From NCBI GenBank assembly GCA_003344405.1, contig NOWV01000003.1:806001-870000 (forward strand): a stretch of 64,000 bases of DNA. Reading direction: 5' to 3'. This document shows positions 1-14,884 of the stretch, piece by piece. Origin of the DNA: Trichoplax sp. H2. Lineage: Eukaryota. A program made the position numbers and the translations under genes. Under the pieces are notes generated by a model. That model was not told where the DNA came from, did not search any database, and was given only the letters and a program-made list of their open reading frames with translations. Each line of letters opens with the position of its first letter. The stretch's first letter is position 1.

Positions 1-247
1 AACTCTAAAAATGCACCCTTGCGTGCAATTGTGCATCGTATGGAGATTTTCGAGAGAATACGTAGTCTAACATCTGAGAACTCCTTCTTTAATGTTGATA
101 TTATTTCAAAATGGTAAACGAGAGTACACTCACTTATTATGTTCGCTGTTACTCCTTCAATTAATTACCAGGAACTTCTTACGTGCAAATTTCACAGTTG
201 CGATTGAATTTCTTTCATCATCTAATCCGACCGTTAGTTATCTCTAA
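1..247 (+). CDS. Possible 3' end of an unidentified upstream gene (two putative exons, 1-113 and 172-247)
   Basis: Frame 1 is open from base 1. A GT at 114 and AG at 170-171 join in frame to give ...FNVDIISKW/NFLRANFTVAIEFLSSSNPTVSYL* (TAA 245-247). No family recognised and the intron is only 58 nt, so this may be chance. Confidence 0.2.
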
Positions 248-2197
248 TAATCTTCACATCAAATACTGCACAGTAGGTATCTGCGGTACTGTACGTGTAT
301 AACGTCTGATTATAATTAGTGTTAATAAAGATTTAGCAGATTTAGCAGCATGGTGTGCTTATTGGTTGAATGATACTGTACTTTATTGCCATATTTTCTG
401 TTATAGACCGTTATTATTAACATTAATCGGTTGACGCAAATCATTACAGATTGTCCTAACATATATTGTAGAACATACAGTATTATTTGAGTAATTACAA
501 GTACTGAGTGTTCATTTTATTCATCATTATTTATTGATTCACGTATCAGATTATGATAATATCATGATACTCATTCTATACACGAGAACTAAAAATGATG
601 TAACAATTGAACATTTGCAAATTTTGACTGGTAGTAGTTTTATAGCGCATTTGTTTTGAGTCGTACCACTACATCAATATCTGATTTTGAATGCTTTACC
701 GTAGACTGTATACAAAGTTTGAGTTCTACTGTACTGTATTGTACAGTATATCGAAGCGCTTTGCAACCACTAATCTTTAATTTGAAATGACAATACGGTT
801 CTAGTCAAGTTCGTAGGAACTGAAAATCCGTAAAGTGCTACAGAAATTGCCTTACCCTATTCAATGCATAGTACTGTATAGGACTCGTTTCTAATACGAT
901 ATGAACCATCATCATTTTATTAAATATAATATATCACCCGTTGATACTATTAGAACCTTTGGCTTGCGTAAATTGCTTACTATTATACTCTAAGGTCTGT
1001 GTAACAGCGATTGATACATCTAAACAATACAAGAAAAGAATTCCAGCAGTAGTCTCCCATGGATCTATGTAATTACACAATATTAATTTGAGATATGATA
1101 ATTAAACCTGACTCGACATCGCTAATAATGAAGATCCAGCGCCTTTTACTCATACTGAATACGCCTGCTTAAGAAAGTGTTATATGTGTCCGATTTTAAA
1201 TACAGTAGATACTTAAAAAGCCTAAATAACAGCACCTTCTGTCAACTCCCGTGATGCGTCATTGATAAAGATAGTGATTGAAAATAACGATTTGTTAAAC
1301 TGCAGATTTATCAGTTTCCTAACTACAGGATAACTAGTAATAAATCCTATGTTTTACCACATAAATATCTATTGCATAGCATCAGTACACGTCAGACACT
1401 TGACTTTACAAATATTCCCTATATTTTAATCGATATTTAATTGCTTTCTCGTAATTTGAGAAATAATTCAATACTTTGTTAATATCAGGATAAATTACGT
1501 ATTATACTACGGTATTGTGTAAAAATTTATGTTATCCAATGAAAGTTTTGTTAATGGTCCTCAAGGATACGAAAGAGCATCGTGCTTAACGATTTAATTG
1601 TAGTCAAGGAATCGGAATGTTATTTATCTACCTTAAGTAATAACCTATAAAAATTACAGTACAGTAAGAATAAATAACAATAAAATTAAATCTAAAGTTT
1701 TATTGGAAAATTATTGATCCTAAAGAATGAGTAACACTATACGTAATAATTATATATAAATTATTCTAACCGTCTCATTTCGTGCCTGTTATGTGTACAA
1801 TATATTTAATTTTAACTCATCAAATTACTTTCTGTTCGACGAATTCACTAAATCTATCGTACAGTGTAGATATCAACCTAATAAAAATAAAAATATGAAA
1901 TTGAAGACGCTACAGTTATCTAAGACGTGCAATAATAAATTTTCTCCCTTTCGATCATAAATATTGCGATCAATCTATAGCATCTAATGATTAGAAAACT
2001 GCATAACATTCTTTCTGCTTATAAATAAATGCAGTATGCATACATTCGAGAAGGATTTTCTCGGAAATTTGTAAATGTATCCTACAACCATCATGATATC
2101 ATCGTTACCAACTCATGAGATCATTTACTAGATAGATTTTATTTATCGGTGCTAACTTGTTTTTGTGACACTAAAGTTTAGTTTTTATACTCTATAG

Positions 2198-5100
2198 ACC
2201 AGGCTGGTAAAACAGTGCAAATTAATGGCAATGGTCATGAGAAAAATCATGATGCTGAAGATAACGGTCATCATGGCAAGCCGGTACAAATTGTCATAAG
2301 TGAATCCGAACACAGTTTTCGCTTAAATGAGACTGCTCTTGAAAATATACTACTCCAAAGCGACATTCAAAATAAGAAAGTAGTTGTGATATCCGTTGCA
2401 GGAGCCTATCGGAAAGGCAAATCGTTTTTACTGGATTTCTTCCTCAGATACTTAGAAAGAAATGTAAGCTAATCGTCATGTATTACTTAGTAGTTGCCAA
2501 TATATAGTTAGCCTAATTTTGCTAGCAAATATATTACGAGGAATATCAATTGATCATTCACTGCCTACCTAAAGCGTTGAAACAGAGTATTCTTCAAGTA
2601 ACTCTAAATGGTCAAAATGATGCTGATAGTCAAATTAAATCCTTGTACATTAGGTTGCATACTTTAAGCCGAGTATTAAAATACTACATGTAAATGAGTC
2701 ATTCAGTGTATTGATCAGTAATCAATTGTTTACTTCGAGTTTTTAACGTCCTGCAATAATTTTGCATAGTGCTATAACTACTATTGAAGTTGTTTTGAAA
2801 TATCATTCTCTCTGTTAATAATTTTAAATAGATACACACCAATAAAATTTTATAGTTCTGACCTGAAAATACAATATTACGAAATCAAAAAACAACAATA
2901 TTAATCATTGTGACTTCTAATTGAATTGTAGCAACCTTACTAACAATTATGGCGTATTAAACGTATTCTATTTATTAATATCAAACAGAATGATAAAACG
3001 ACTGACGACTGGCTAGGTAAGGACGATGAGGTTCTTACTGGCTTTCCTTGGCGAGGTGGTTCTCAACGTGAAACTACTGGTATATTATTATGGGATAAAC
3101 CATTTCTGTGCGAATTACCCGACGGAGAAGAAGTATGTTTTTCTACGTTACTATGAAAAATGTCACCAAGGAGGTGCAAATTTCATCAATTGTGTATGCG
3201 AATTTTTAATAAGCTCTCTTGAAATGAATACAGTAGTTGTGTGAGCATTCAAACTACAAATATGTACATACGAAGAGTATATCCATTCATTGTTATATCT
3301 ACGGGTATATTATTTTTAACGATTACTGAATAATTACGATGTACGGCCTCATTACATTATATCTTTATTAATGAATCATAATTATGATTGCTCTCGTAAT
3401 TTCTGGAATGTAGCCTACTATTTTTGTGTAAATTTCATTTTCCCTTTTTTATCTTATTTACAACGGCGAAAATTTTCGTATATTTTATACTACTATTAGG
3501 TTGTTGTATTGATAATGGATACACAGGGTGCATTTGATAAACAATCTACGATTAAGGATTGTGCAGTTATTTTTGCCCTAAGCACGATGATAAGTTCGGT
3601 CCAGGTAATTGATCATTCTATTTACTGAGAGAATGTTATTCGTAAGATAACATTTAAGTAAATTTAACGCCAAACTTAGTGATTTTATCAAATTTTTTAA
3701 CTTATCACATAGATCTATAACATTTCACAAAATATCCAGGAAGACCATCTACAACACTTACAGGTTAAAATAAATTTATTGATTTAAATTAATAGTGAAT
3801 TTAACTACAAAATGGGGAGTTACTCTTAAATCTAAGCTGTGCTTCAAAAACATAATAGTCGTATTATTTACGTTATCATTTGATCTAACAGATATTTACG
3901 GAGTACGGACGTGTAGCTTTAGAAGATAATAACTGTAAACCATTTCAGGTAATATCTATAGACAAAATTACCCTAAATCTATGCATACATCAGCTTCAAT
4001 TAGATTACTCTGTAATTTATATTGCGTTGCTCCTGAAACGTTAAGGTCTTGCAATTTCTGGTAAGGGACTGGAGTTACCCTTACGAGTATCCATATGGCG
4101 AAAAAGGTGGTGCAGATTTATTAAAGGAAAGATTAGAGGTAAACTATTGAAGTCCCTAATCATGAAGTCACTCATATCATATTAATATTTCAAACTACCA
4201 TTATTACAATTACTTATCTTTTAATCATTTTCGTAGCTCGTAGTTAAACTCCATATTATACATCGTTGCACTTTAGATATCACCTGAGCAACATGAAGAA
4301 TTACGACAGCTTCGGCAGCATATTCACTCGTGCTATGAACAACTGAATTGCTTCTTAATGCCTCATCCTGGATTTGTTGTCTCAACAAATCCAAATTTTA
4401 AGGGTCGTTTATCAGGTAATTTAATACGGTATCTTCTTAATAGAATGGTAAATTTTCATGACGATATCAAATGTAGCTCATTTAATTATCAAATTATTCC
4501 AAAAAATAATTGTTAGATATCCAGCCTGAGTTCCGAGATTGTGTAAAATCACTAGTGGGTTCAATTCTTGCTCCTGAAAACTTGATCGTTAAGAAGATCA
4601 GCGGATGTAAACTTACATGTAAAGATCTTCTAAACTACTTTAAGGTAAATTGATGTGCAATAAAATTGAATCTTTCTAAGTAAGCTTTACCTATTGAAAA
4701 GTCTTTGATGTTCTGCTGTGACACCTAGAACTGCTTATCTAGTACATACAAGAAAAAATAAAATTTAAACTATGTTTCTCTTGTCTTATACATACTTATC
4801 ATATCCCTTATCACATATACGTGAATAAAATCGATAAAGCTGTCAGCACCATTTGAAGTTGATGGCTATCGTTGCTTTTACTATTATATTCGTGTAATGT
4901 CTTCGTAATTTACTTGCGAGGGTACCTAAATGGCTAATTCTGATATTTCTTTCGAATTTTTTCTATAGGCATATATGGAAATTTATCAGGGCGATGGCCT
5001 CCCTGATCCCAAATCCATGTTCCAGGTTTATTGATACAGCAATATTATCTTTTTTGAACTCTTGCATCAATAAATGGTGTTGTCGTTATCAGTAGCATAC

Positions 5101-6082
5101 ATTTTACCCTTTTGTAATTCTGTTTTAAATATAACACTTACCAAAATTAGGCAACCGCAGAGGCTAGTAATGTAACTGCCTATGGTAAAGCCAAAGAATA
5201 CTATTCGAAAGAAATGGATAAGGTATGGATAATATTTACTATGTCCCTAAGTAGCTTACAGCTATTTATTAATTTAAGAGGTTAATTACTTCTAGATTTG
5301 CGGCCCAAGCTCTCCTTTTATGAAGTTAGAAATACTTAAAAGTAAGCATGAAGATATTAAAGTGGAATCTATAAAGCAATTTAAAACCGTACGAAAGATG
5401 GGTGGAGATGCTTATAGTCAAAAGTATTTAGAAAAATTAACCAAAGAAATTGATGAGGCTTTCGAAAGATATGAAGTAGAAAATGAAAGTAAAAATGTTC
5501 TGAACATCTTTCGCACACCGATAACGTTAGCGGTGATGATGGTAGTTCTATACCTATTATCCGGAATACTGGAATTTGCCGCGTTAAGGATGCTATCGAA
5601 CTTAGTTGATTTATGCACAACCTTAGTCTTTTTCGCTATCAGTTTATGGTCTTACATAAGATATACTGGTAAATATACCGCAGTTGGTGGAAAAATTGAT
5701 GACGTTGCTAATGCTATTTGGGAACAAGTGAGTTCATTTTAATATTTTAGTATACATAAGTTATTGCATTTTTTTGGAATATGGTATACTGTAAATGTAA
5801 GAAAATGGTAAACATTTTACCTAGTAGACTCTATACAAGGACTATTAATTATAACTTTAATCGTAAAAGGTCACAGTTATAATATGTTTAGGTATTATAA
5901 ACTACCATAACCTATATGCGAATAGTTATTCATTGTTACTTAAGGCCCTAGAATTATTATTAATTAATTATCCTTCATTGACTGCACTTCTACTTTAGGC
6001 TCTTGAAAGTGTTATGACATTTTTGGCCCAGAAAAGTACAGAGGCTTTAACAAAGAACATTCAAACGAAAAAAAATCAATAG
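2198..6082 (+). CDS. ATL: Atlastin (ER-fusion dynamin-like GTPase), about 13 exons visible; the start-codon exon lies upstream and was not located
   Basis: P-loop [71 protein letters not shown], two TM helices in exon 5296-5727, C-terminal KKxx ER-retrieval motif (TKKNQ*, TAG 6080-6082). GT-AG boundaries keep the frame. Confidence 0.95.
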
Positions 6083-7928
6083 CAATAATATATTGTTCAC
6101 TAATCACGGAAACGCTAGAAATTTTAACTCCTTAAATTTATGTCAGAATATTATTGCTTATTTCTCTGTATTTACACCGGAGATAATATATGATTACTTA
6201 AATCTGATGAAATATAGCAGCATCCAGTATCGATAGACTGATGATACCCTTATATCTGCGTTGGAATTGAAAGACTTACTGTACCTTTAGCTTCAATAAC
6301 TTTACTAATTATCGTCAGTTTCATAACCAAAACGATATTATAAGTACAGTATAAATATGAAATACGAAAGAATTATATTCGCTCCTGTCATTATCAGTAG
6401 TCTTGCCCTGGTGACACGCTCATTAAGTGTAAACGTATTATCATCCGTACATCGAGCTACGAGAATATATCATGCTTATTTTTCCTATACTGGCTGCGTA
6501 CAAGATTCTACTTTTAATATACCGATGGTTCGGTATTGCTACCGTCTTTGTTCTTATAGAAATTTCATGTCTAGTACTACAGATGATAGATATAAATTCT
6601 TTCACGTTGAATGTTATCCAAAATAATTTGATATGCTTTATACATACGAGTATATAACAGTTATTATAACTGCTTAAATTTTGCTAGTTCTATAGCTTAT
6701 ATAATCGAGGAGTTTTTATGTGTTTGTTTTTAGGTGTAAAGCTCTGAACATCTCTATTTGCTGTATCGCCATGTTTTGAAGTAACTTTGCTAAAAATTTA
6801 ACTAAACTTATAGCCTATTTTTGCAAATGGATTCTTCTATAGTTTAACGGAAAAAACCTACCTCAGTATCACCTCGATTACACAAAGGATAAAAAAAACA
6901 TCGAAATTTATGATAGGCTAATACTGCGAACTATATTATAATATAATAGCATTTTATACTGCCGTAATAATTACGGTATACTATACTAATAATTACAATG
7001 TACTATCATAATATCTTACGGACGTAAAATAATTTATTGTGTGTTTGTATGTACTATTAGAAATACGATGATAGTTAGATATGTCATCTTTATTAAATAA
7101 GAAATTTATATGTCATAAAACCATTAATAGTAATTTTTAGTACGGTAAATCGTAAAACTAACTAGTACCTAAATACGAATTAATGGTGAGAATCGCAGTA
7201 GTGCAATATAAAGGATGCAATATATGAATATATGATATTATAGAACTGTAATAAAGTTGTAGATTTAATTGAAATCTTAACTTATGAATAAGGATCAGTC
7301 ACAAATTTTTGTAGACAGTGGCTGTTATATGTTATAAATAATTGCCTTTCTCAGTTACGATTAATTATAATTATTATATCATGTAAATTACAAAAGGAGG
7401 TCTACTACAATATAGCAATCGCAATAATAGTTAAAATGATATGTACGTACAACGTTATTAATGGTGAGATCTTACTGTTTAGTATACACTTCTTACACAT
7501 AAACGTATTGCATAATATAATAGTCTTATTATACACAATGAACAAGACATCAAGTAATCGCTTTTACGCTGATACCTTACTTTAAGTGCATATTTAAAAA
7601 GCATTAAAAACGAACCTTGTAGTACGAATATCAAAATTATAAAACCGGACGTTACGATCTAATGTGGGTTATCGAATTAAAAAAATAATACAGGAATTGA
7701 ACTATGGTGCAGCACAGTATGTGAACATAAAACCCGTTTATATTTATAATTGTGAATTTATGATACAATGTTTAGTATAAAATTGCATGTTTACCATTTA
7801 TCACTGTCAACCTTTACAACGGATTCTAAACATACTAATGTAGCGTTTTAAATTTGATTAAAACAGGAACTACAATACCGACTATTTCATAAGTATATTA
7901 ATTACCGCACTCGAGCGTATCGAGTACA

Positions 7929-9580
7929 TTATGTTTTGATACCAAACATAGCTGCATACATCCGTCTTTCAACCTGTTCGCCCACTTTTTCCTTGTTCCC
8001 TAGCCTTGATAAAGCTTTCTGTATATTATGATCTAGAGATACGTATACATATTACACGAATCTTTTTACGACGTCTGGTAAGAAAGTATACGGTATTCTA
8101 TATGATACAAGTAAATGTACTTATTTTGCTCAATAGTAAGACTAGCTACGTGAAATTTATGCAACGGGAATCGTGTATGATCAATTTAAAAATTCAGCAA
8201 ATTACCATGCGGTTGCAGCGCAGATGCTTTTCGTAAGTCTTTTCCGGCTTTGTCTATATTTCCTATTTCTAAATATGCCAGACCTCTCCTATATATCGCT
8301 TTACAATTATTCGATTCCAGCATCAACGCCTAAAATATGGAATGAGCCTACTATAACCAACATTGACATACCATGTAAATTAAATTGTACACAGTAATCA
8401 TTTAAGATCAAACATTTGCAATAACCATTTTACTTATTAGTAATTCAATATTGTAATAGATTCTACTGTACTTATGAGATTTATAATCAGTTGGCATTCT
8501 CATCCAGATTAAGTTAATATTTGTAATTACTGCAAACCTCGTCGCAATGAGAAATAGCTCTCTCCCATTTATTTTGCTTAATTAGACAAACTATAAAAGG
8601 AAATAAAATAGGTAAAAATTTTCTATAATACTGATCGAAAATTCAAATCAATCTTCTGCACAGATAATGCTTTATATAGCAATATTATGTCGGGAGATTA
8701 AATATAATCATTGTACATGCTATCTTAATTTATTAATTTATTCCCACTAATAGTGAGAGTTCCTACGTAGGAATGAATACTCTAGAATACCAGTGTTTTT
8801 AGCTGTCACTTATATAAGTATGTAGTAGTTAAATAACTTTACAGTCACCATTTGAAAGATATACTGGCGATAAGTTTACACCAAAAAATTGCACCTTGCT
8901 GCAAAGTTATATACTGTACGCAATCCAAGATTTATTCAATAACATACTGTAGTATGGTAGATTCTACTGGTGCAGTAGTATTATTTCTGCAGTAACAGTA
9001 TACAGTACAGTACAGTACAAGGAACATGTCGTTTTGAAGCTTAGTTCTAGATTAGTCTATTTACCTTGAATAATTCACTGTTCATAATGGACAAACATTG
9101 CTGACAATCCCTAAACAACAGTGATAATCTAGTACTGTAATTTATGCCTTGACTTTCCAGTGCTACTCCGTATCCTACTCTATGTACATTGATCAATTAC
9201 TTAAATGCATGTGAAACTGAATTTTACTACATTTCAATTTAACTGGCTGATCATATTCTCATATATTTTTACAGTCAACTGCATTATACAATGGCGAAAT
9301 ATACCATACATTAATATCATCAACCTGCTAAGTTGTTATGAAGACTTAATTTGATCGATTGAGCTTCCTCTTTGATCTGTTCTTCCTTGGAATTGGCTCT
9401 ATGTTGCGCAGCGTTATCACCGACTAACATTCCTAGCTCTTTCATGGTAGACTTGGATAAGATGCCTTTAACACAGAGTAGAGCATGGTGGTAAGATCGA
9501 ATTGCGCTAGTGAAATCGCCGTTCTTAAAAGCATCATTGCCGGTATCCTTATGATCATTAGCAAGTTTGATTTTATCCAT
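7929..9580 (-). CDS. TTC9: TTC9-family tetratricopeptide repeat protein, 4 exons
   Basis: Spliced product MDKIKLANDHKDTGNDAFKNGDFTSAIRSYHHALL...LHNNLA/VCLIKQNKWERAISHCDE/ALMLESNNCKAIYRRGLAYLEIGNIDKAGKDLRKA.../...RRMYAAMFGIKT*. Three TPRs, a long insert after TPR1 and a YxxMFG terminus typical of TTC9/TTC9C. Confidence 0.8.
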
Positions 9581-9649
9581 GATGGCCGTTGAAATATTTG
9601 CAGTTCTACTACTACAGTCAATTAGAATACTGTAATACGAATCGATTCA

Positions 9650-10400
9650 ATGACAGTATACTGTACAGTACAGTGACAACATGTACTGTACTGTATGTAC
9701 GTTATTGGAGGGAAAGCGGGACTGGAAGTGGCTATTCAGCGTAACAAAATGACTGTACTGTACAGTACTATACACTGTATACAGTACTGTAGGGTTAGGG
9801 TTAATTGTATCCAACTTTTGCCAGTACAGTACAGTACTACCTTGTACAATACTATACTGTACTGTAGATGGTAGAAGAAGATGTGGACTGATCATTCTTG
9901 GACAGACAGACGCTTTTGGCCTCATGTCGTCAAAATAGTGTGCCAAACACCTCATTATGATAGTACTGTACACCACAGTACTTTAGTATGGAGACGATCG
10001 ATATTCAATTGACTGACTTTTTCGAAATTAAGTAATGTTATGTTGAATCTTATTATCTGTTACAATTTCTGCTTAGAAATAGTTCTATAAGATCGTAGAT
10101 ATTATTTAAATTAGTACTAGTGATTTAGAAAACAGACACGGAAGATCCATATACTAACTATAAGTAACCATTTTTCGATTTTGACCGCCTCATTTAGTAA
10201 CTTTATACCGTGTACTGTGTAGTAGTAGAATGTATGACATATACTGATATACTGTACAGTACACAGAGAATCCACAAAGCAAGGTTAACGGTTATAGTGT
10301 ACTGTACAGTACAGTACTATACATTGTACAACGGTACAGTACTAGCACTGTACACTGTACCGAGAATTCACAAGTTAACGGTTATGCTGTATTGTAAACT
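9650..10400. repeat. CAGTA/CTGTA mixed pentamer arrays in the TTC9-CCSAP divergent intergenic region
   Basis: Runs such as CAGTATACTGTACAGTACAGT, CAGTACAGTACAGTACTA and GTACTGTACAGTACAGTACTATA interspersed with unique sequence. Confidence 0.9.
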
Positions 10401-10688
10401 ACTATGCTGCTATTTAAAATTTTTGAAAATTAACTTGTCTATGATTCAATCAGTTCAGTGCTTACGAATACACATTCTTTCTTGTTAGATAGAGTCATCA
10501 CAAACTATCCCATTTCAAGTAAATACGAAAGCATAGAATTCAGTCAGGACATCAGCATACTGTAGACAAACCTACGGTAGACAGTATAGTCAATTGGTGA
10601 CACCGTGTAGACTACAGTACAGTACTTGATAATTCAATCATTAATTGTTGTTAGTAATTAATCTTACCCAATATCATAATTATTACCA

Positions 10689-11821
10689 ATGAGAAATTCG
10701 GAGTATCGCACTTCATTTAGTAAATTAAATCAAAAAATAGTTCATAATTCTTACTTTGATAATTTAGTATATAGACGTAGTAGACGAAATTATGAAAGTA
10801 ATCATGATCATTTAGTATTTTGTTGGGACGACGAAGATTACTGGAGTGAATGCAAGAGTACCAGTACTGCTAGTTGCGATGGTAACGACTCGGCGTCCAC
10901 ATCTTCTCGACATCAAGTAGCCGCAGTGAAAGATGAAAATATTATTAAGGATAACAAGGTACAACATAATGAATCTTCAAAATCGGTCAAATGTCAAGGG
11001 CTAAAAAATGAAAAGAATACCAATAAGACTAATCATGCGCAAGTTAAGAAGAAGAAGAAAGAGAATAATTTCAATCTTAGCCCCAACAAATCTCAATTGT
11101 CGAAAGAGCTTCCTACAAAAAGTGTGGCAACTCAAACTGTCAGTATTAAGGAAAGCATCCAGAAATGCTTACAAAAATCAACTTTTGCTAAAGAATCAAC
11201 AAAAAGTTGTGCTAAAAAGGAAAAGAAAAATTCGGCTGGATCCAAGGTAGCTAACATGAAATTCTTACAAAAGAGGCCACTTGTAGCTTATGGTATCGGC
11301 TGGAAAGATGACTTATGTGGCTCTCGTAGGACATTTAATATCCAAGCTGATAATGGGGTAGGTAAAACAAAGTTATCTCGTAGCCTACGCAATACGCACC
11401 TTATAATAAAGAGATTTACCTGTTAAGAGCTGCATTTACACTATATAATAACAATATTACAAGCACACACTAAATAAAGAACAGCTTTTATATCATTAGT
11501 ACGATAGATAACGCATTATTCAGAGATAAATATAAAAATTTAATTGCTGCGGTAATAAATAAAATATCATAAAATGTTACAACTTTCAATGATAGTATTA
11601 TCTACTGCAGATTCATTTCTCATTCTGAGAATGTAAAATCTTACAAACTGTAGGTATATAAAAGTGCTCGCAATGCATACGAGCGTCGAAAATATTCAAA
11701 ACATCAAGCAAACTATCTTAGTGTAAACAAGGAAGAAAGTATTTCCAAGAATGACAAAAATCCGAATCTGTGGGATGCCTCGGCATGGAAAACTGAGTAC
11801 CAGCGATGTTTTTCGGCTTAG
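10689..11821 (+). CDS. CCSAP: Centriole, cilia and spindle-associated protein; exons 10689-11357 and 11654-11821
   Basis: N-terminal SEY...LVYRRSRR...FCWDD and C-terminal AYGIG..TFNIQA../VYKSARNA...WKTEYQRCFSA* resemble the CCSAP terminal motifs (KSEYM..YRLGRR..WLWDD; ..SALRA..WMTEYMRCYSA). Confidence 0.8.
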
Positions 11822-13045
11822 ATCACATAATTAATTATTGTTCATTTTCGAATTATAGTAATTTCAGTGATATCTTATACTGTTTGTATTATACGAGTAT
11901 CAATTAACTCGAGGTGTGAGGTATAAGTTTCTATACTTCAATCTTACCAGCAAGATGTTGCTACTGTAAATTATAGTACAATATGCACGCACATCGTTAT
12001 ATCACTAAGCTACGGTACCTTTTCGTATACTTTTTCCATATGCAGTATATAATTAAATAATCAAATTCAGTTCCTAGCCACGATTTAAAGCTTTCGCGAT
12101 AACATTACTAAAACGTAATAGTACTTGCTAAATTATATATATTATATATATATATTTATGCATATATACATACGCGACATGCGTGTATTTATACAACTAA
12201 TAAAGTAAATCTTCATTTATGAGATCAAATTGACAGGTTTTTGCGATCAACTAGTCAACTTAATTGTACAGGCATTGCCCAACTCTTAATGAACTTCTGG
12301 TAAAAGATTACTAACTTGTAATAAGTAAAAATAAACATTACTTTTCCCTCTATTCCTGGTATTGATTATAGGTTATTTTCAAATTTAAATGGTTCTAAAT
12401 ACATAATTAGCGATTAGCGGATAAATTAATTACCAATCCTAAATGCACCAAACCATCGATTTATAATTTCTGTTAGTGTATGATTACGACAGACATGCAA
12501 TGTATACGCCTCAAGACTATAACCGTTCTACGCAGATATTGCAGCTCTTTCACTAAAAAAGTTCATATACTAGAAGGGATGAAGATAATAGCAAATAGAT
12601 TGTGTTTGAGTATCTTCGTATGTATAGCCCTATCAGTCATATAGTGGATTAAAAATTTTTCATAATAGCAATAAGCGGTTATTAATAGTTCAGCAAGCTC
12701 TCCCTAATTTTATGCGCACACACACAAGAAGAGATAATTACAGTTTATTTTACTGCTACGATTTATACATAATTACATAAAGCTTTAAATGTATTAAAGT
12801 TCTCAAGTTGTACAATGTTAGCTAGAATAAAGCCAGTATATATTGATAATTAAATTTTAGTTTAAGTGTCGTTTTACGGTCAATAATTAATCGTAGCTGG
12901 TATAGAATGCTGTGACAGTGTTATATACTGTATTAGAGTAGAAATATCTATGTTATGATAATTTTGTTAGCCTATCCTTATTTTGTTAACTTCTAATTTG
13001 GATATACTGTGTTTTAATATAGCAATGGCTTTTTATGACAGTGAC

Positions 13046-13072
13046 ATATATATATATATATATATATATATA
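13046..13072. repeat. (TA)n microsatellite
   Basis: Pure AT dinucleotide run of about 13 units. Confidence 0.95.
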
Positions 13073-13529
13073 CTGAAATTAATAGTTATATTAGGGAATG
13101 CGAATTATCTACTTACCTTTCGAATCATTGTAATTATAACTTACTTATGGTAGATTGTAAATTATCGTGGAAATGTCTCGTGATAGGACATATCGTAATC
13201 TGACTATTCTGTATTAGTCATCAGATGTCTATGTTCGTAAATACTGTTGTCTGCATTAGGGAGTAGTAGGTAAAATTAATGTCTTATTCAGTGAATGATT
13301 CCAAAGTAAATCGTACTAACTATGACTCATGAACTATTGAGGAAGAGCATATAAATGCAGTATATCGTGTAATAAAGTTAATTCTTAAACTTAATGTTTA
13401 GCGTAAAATACGAGGCGTCTAAGTCTTTGTGTAGTCTGCTAGTAGAGCGAACGTGTTCCTGATAGTGCAGATATCGTTCCTTAATACGTGGTTCAAGGAA
13501 TTGACTTATTGATCGTATGTTACGTTATC

Positions 13530-14884
13530 TCGTTGCAAAACTGTTTTGTGATAAATGCCTATTCTAGTTTTGATTGCCGATATATGATAAGGTAGTTCGT
13601 AAAATGAGATTAACGTTTTAATTTGGAAAATTAATTGATTAATTTAGTCATATTATTTCGCAAGGTATTAGATTCACGCTGGAAAGAAATAGTTTTTTAC
13701 GAAGTCATACGTGCTGATGATATAATTGTAACATACAAATTAATTAAATTGCTTTGCTTTCATGGAAATTAATAATATGAGTTTTCAATCTAAGAACGCT
13801 TTACTTAACGAACTAACAAGAATAAAACAAAAGAAATTGGTAAAATTTCTATTGCCTATATTCAAGCATCAAATATCGAACCATCAATTGTACATACATG
13901 AATATTACATATGTATAATTAATTATCCAATGAAGCGAATGCCATATAAGTTGTTAAGATACGTGCACACGGATTAGGTAAACTAAACTTAATCATTTTA
14001 TTTTACGCTAAAAGGAAACGGTTGATTAAGCTCTAAAGCGATTGTTTTTAACTGTACTGCATAATTTACTGATGCTATAAGCATCCTCTGCTAATAAAGA
14101 AGACACAGATTAAATTACATTAACCTCACATACGAATAAATACTAGCATTGCTTCAATTAACTGTTATCCCTTTAATAAAATTAGTCTGCGTACAATTAA
14201 ATCTGTAGTTAATCGACATCGCATTTGATACAGTATCAGCATCCTACTGTGTTGTTACATGAACACAATTGGAAANNNNNNNNNNNNNNNNNNNNTCGTT
14301 GCAAAACTGTTTTGTGATAAATGCCTATTCTAGTTTTGATTGCCGATATATGATAAGGTAGTTCGTAAAATGAGATTAACGTTTTAATTTGGAAAATTAA
14401 TTGATTAATTTAGTCATATTATTTCGCAAGGTATTAGATTCACGCTGGAAAGAAATAGTTTTTTACGAAGTCATACGTGCTGATGATATAATTGTAACAT
14501 ACAAATTAATTAAATTGCTTTGCTTTCATGGAAATTAATAATATGAGTTTTCAATCTAAGAACGCTTTACTTAACGAACTGACAAGAATAAAACAAAAGA
14601 AATTGGTAAAATTTCTATTGCCTATATTCAAGCATCAAATATCGAACCATCAATTGTACGTAGTACTGCATAATTTATTGATGCTATAAGCATCCTCTGC
14701 TAATAAAGAAGACACAGATTAAATTACATTAACCTCATATACGAATAAATACTAGCATTGCTTCAATTAACTGTTATCCTTTTAATAAAATTAGTCTGCG
14801 TACAATTAAATCTGTAGTTAATCGACATCGCATTTGATACAGTATCAGCGTCCTACTGTGTTGTTACATGAACACAATTGGAAA
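13530..14884. repeat. Near-identical direct duplication across a 20-N assembly gap (13530-14275 vs 14296-14884), probably two haplotypes
   Basis: Both copies start TCGTTGCAAAACTG and end CACAATTGGAAA; N run 14276-14295. They differ by a few SNPs and a 160-bp segment present only in the first copy. Confidence 0.9.

Noticed and set aside
5381..5620. Antisense or alternative-frame ORFs over real exons (5381, 5418, 8006, 8173, 11008, 19983, 26706, 27678, 35742, 50388 etc.)
   Set aside because: Shadows of the coding strand with no independent features.
9647..10488. ORFs rich in YCTV/QYSTV/LYST (also 24425, 31940, 43428, 44482, 45771, 45886)
   Set aside because: They are translations of the CAGTA/CTGTA arrays, with no homology or splice support.
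13530..14884. True tandem segmental duplications (also 43922-46276)
   Set aside because: Each pair abuts a 20-N gap, which is typical of uncollapsed haplotypes; treated as probable alleles pending read depth.
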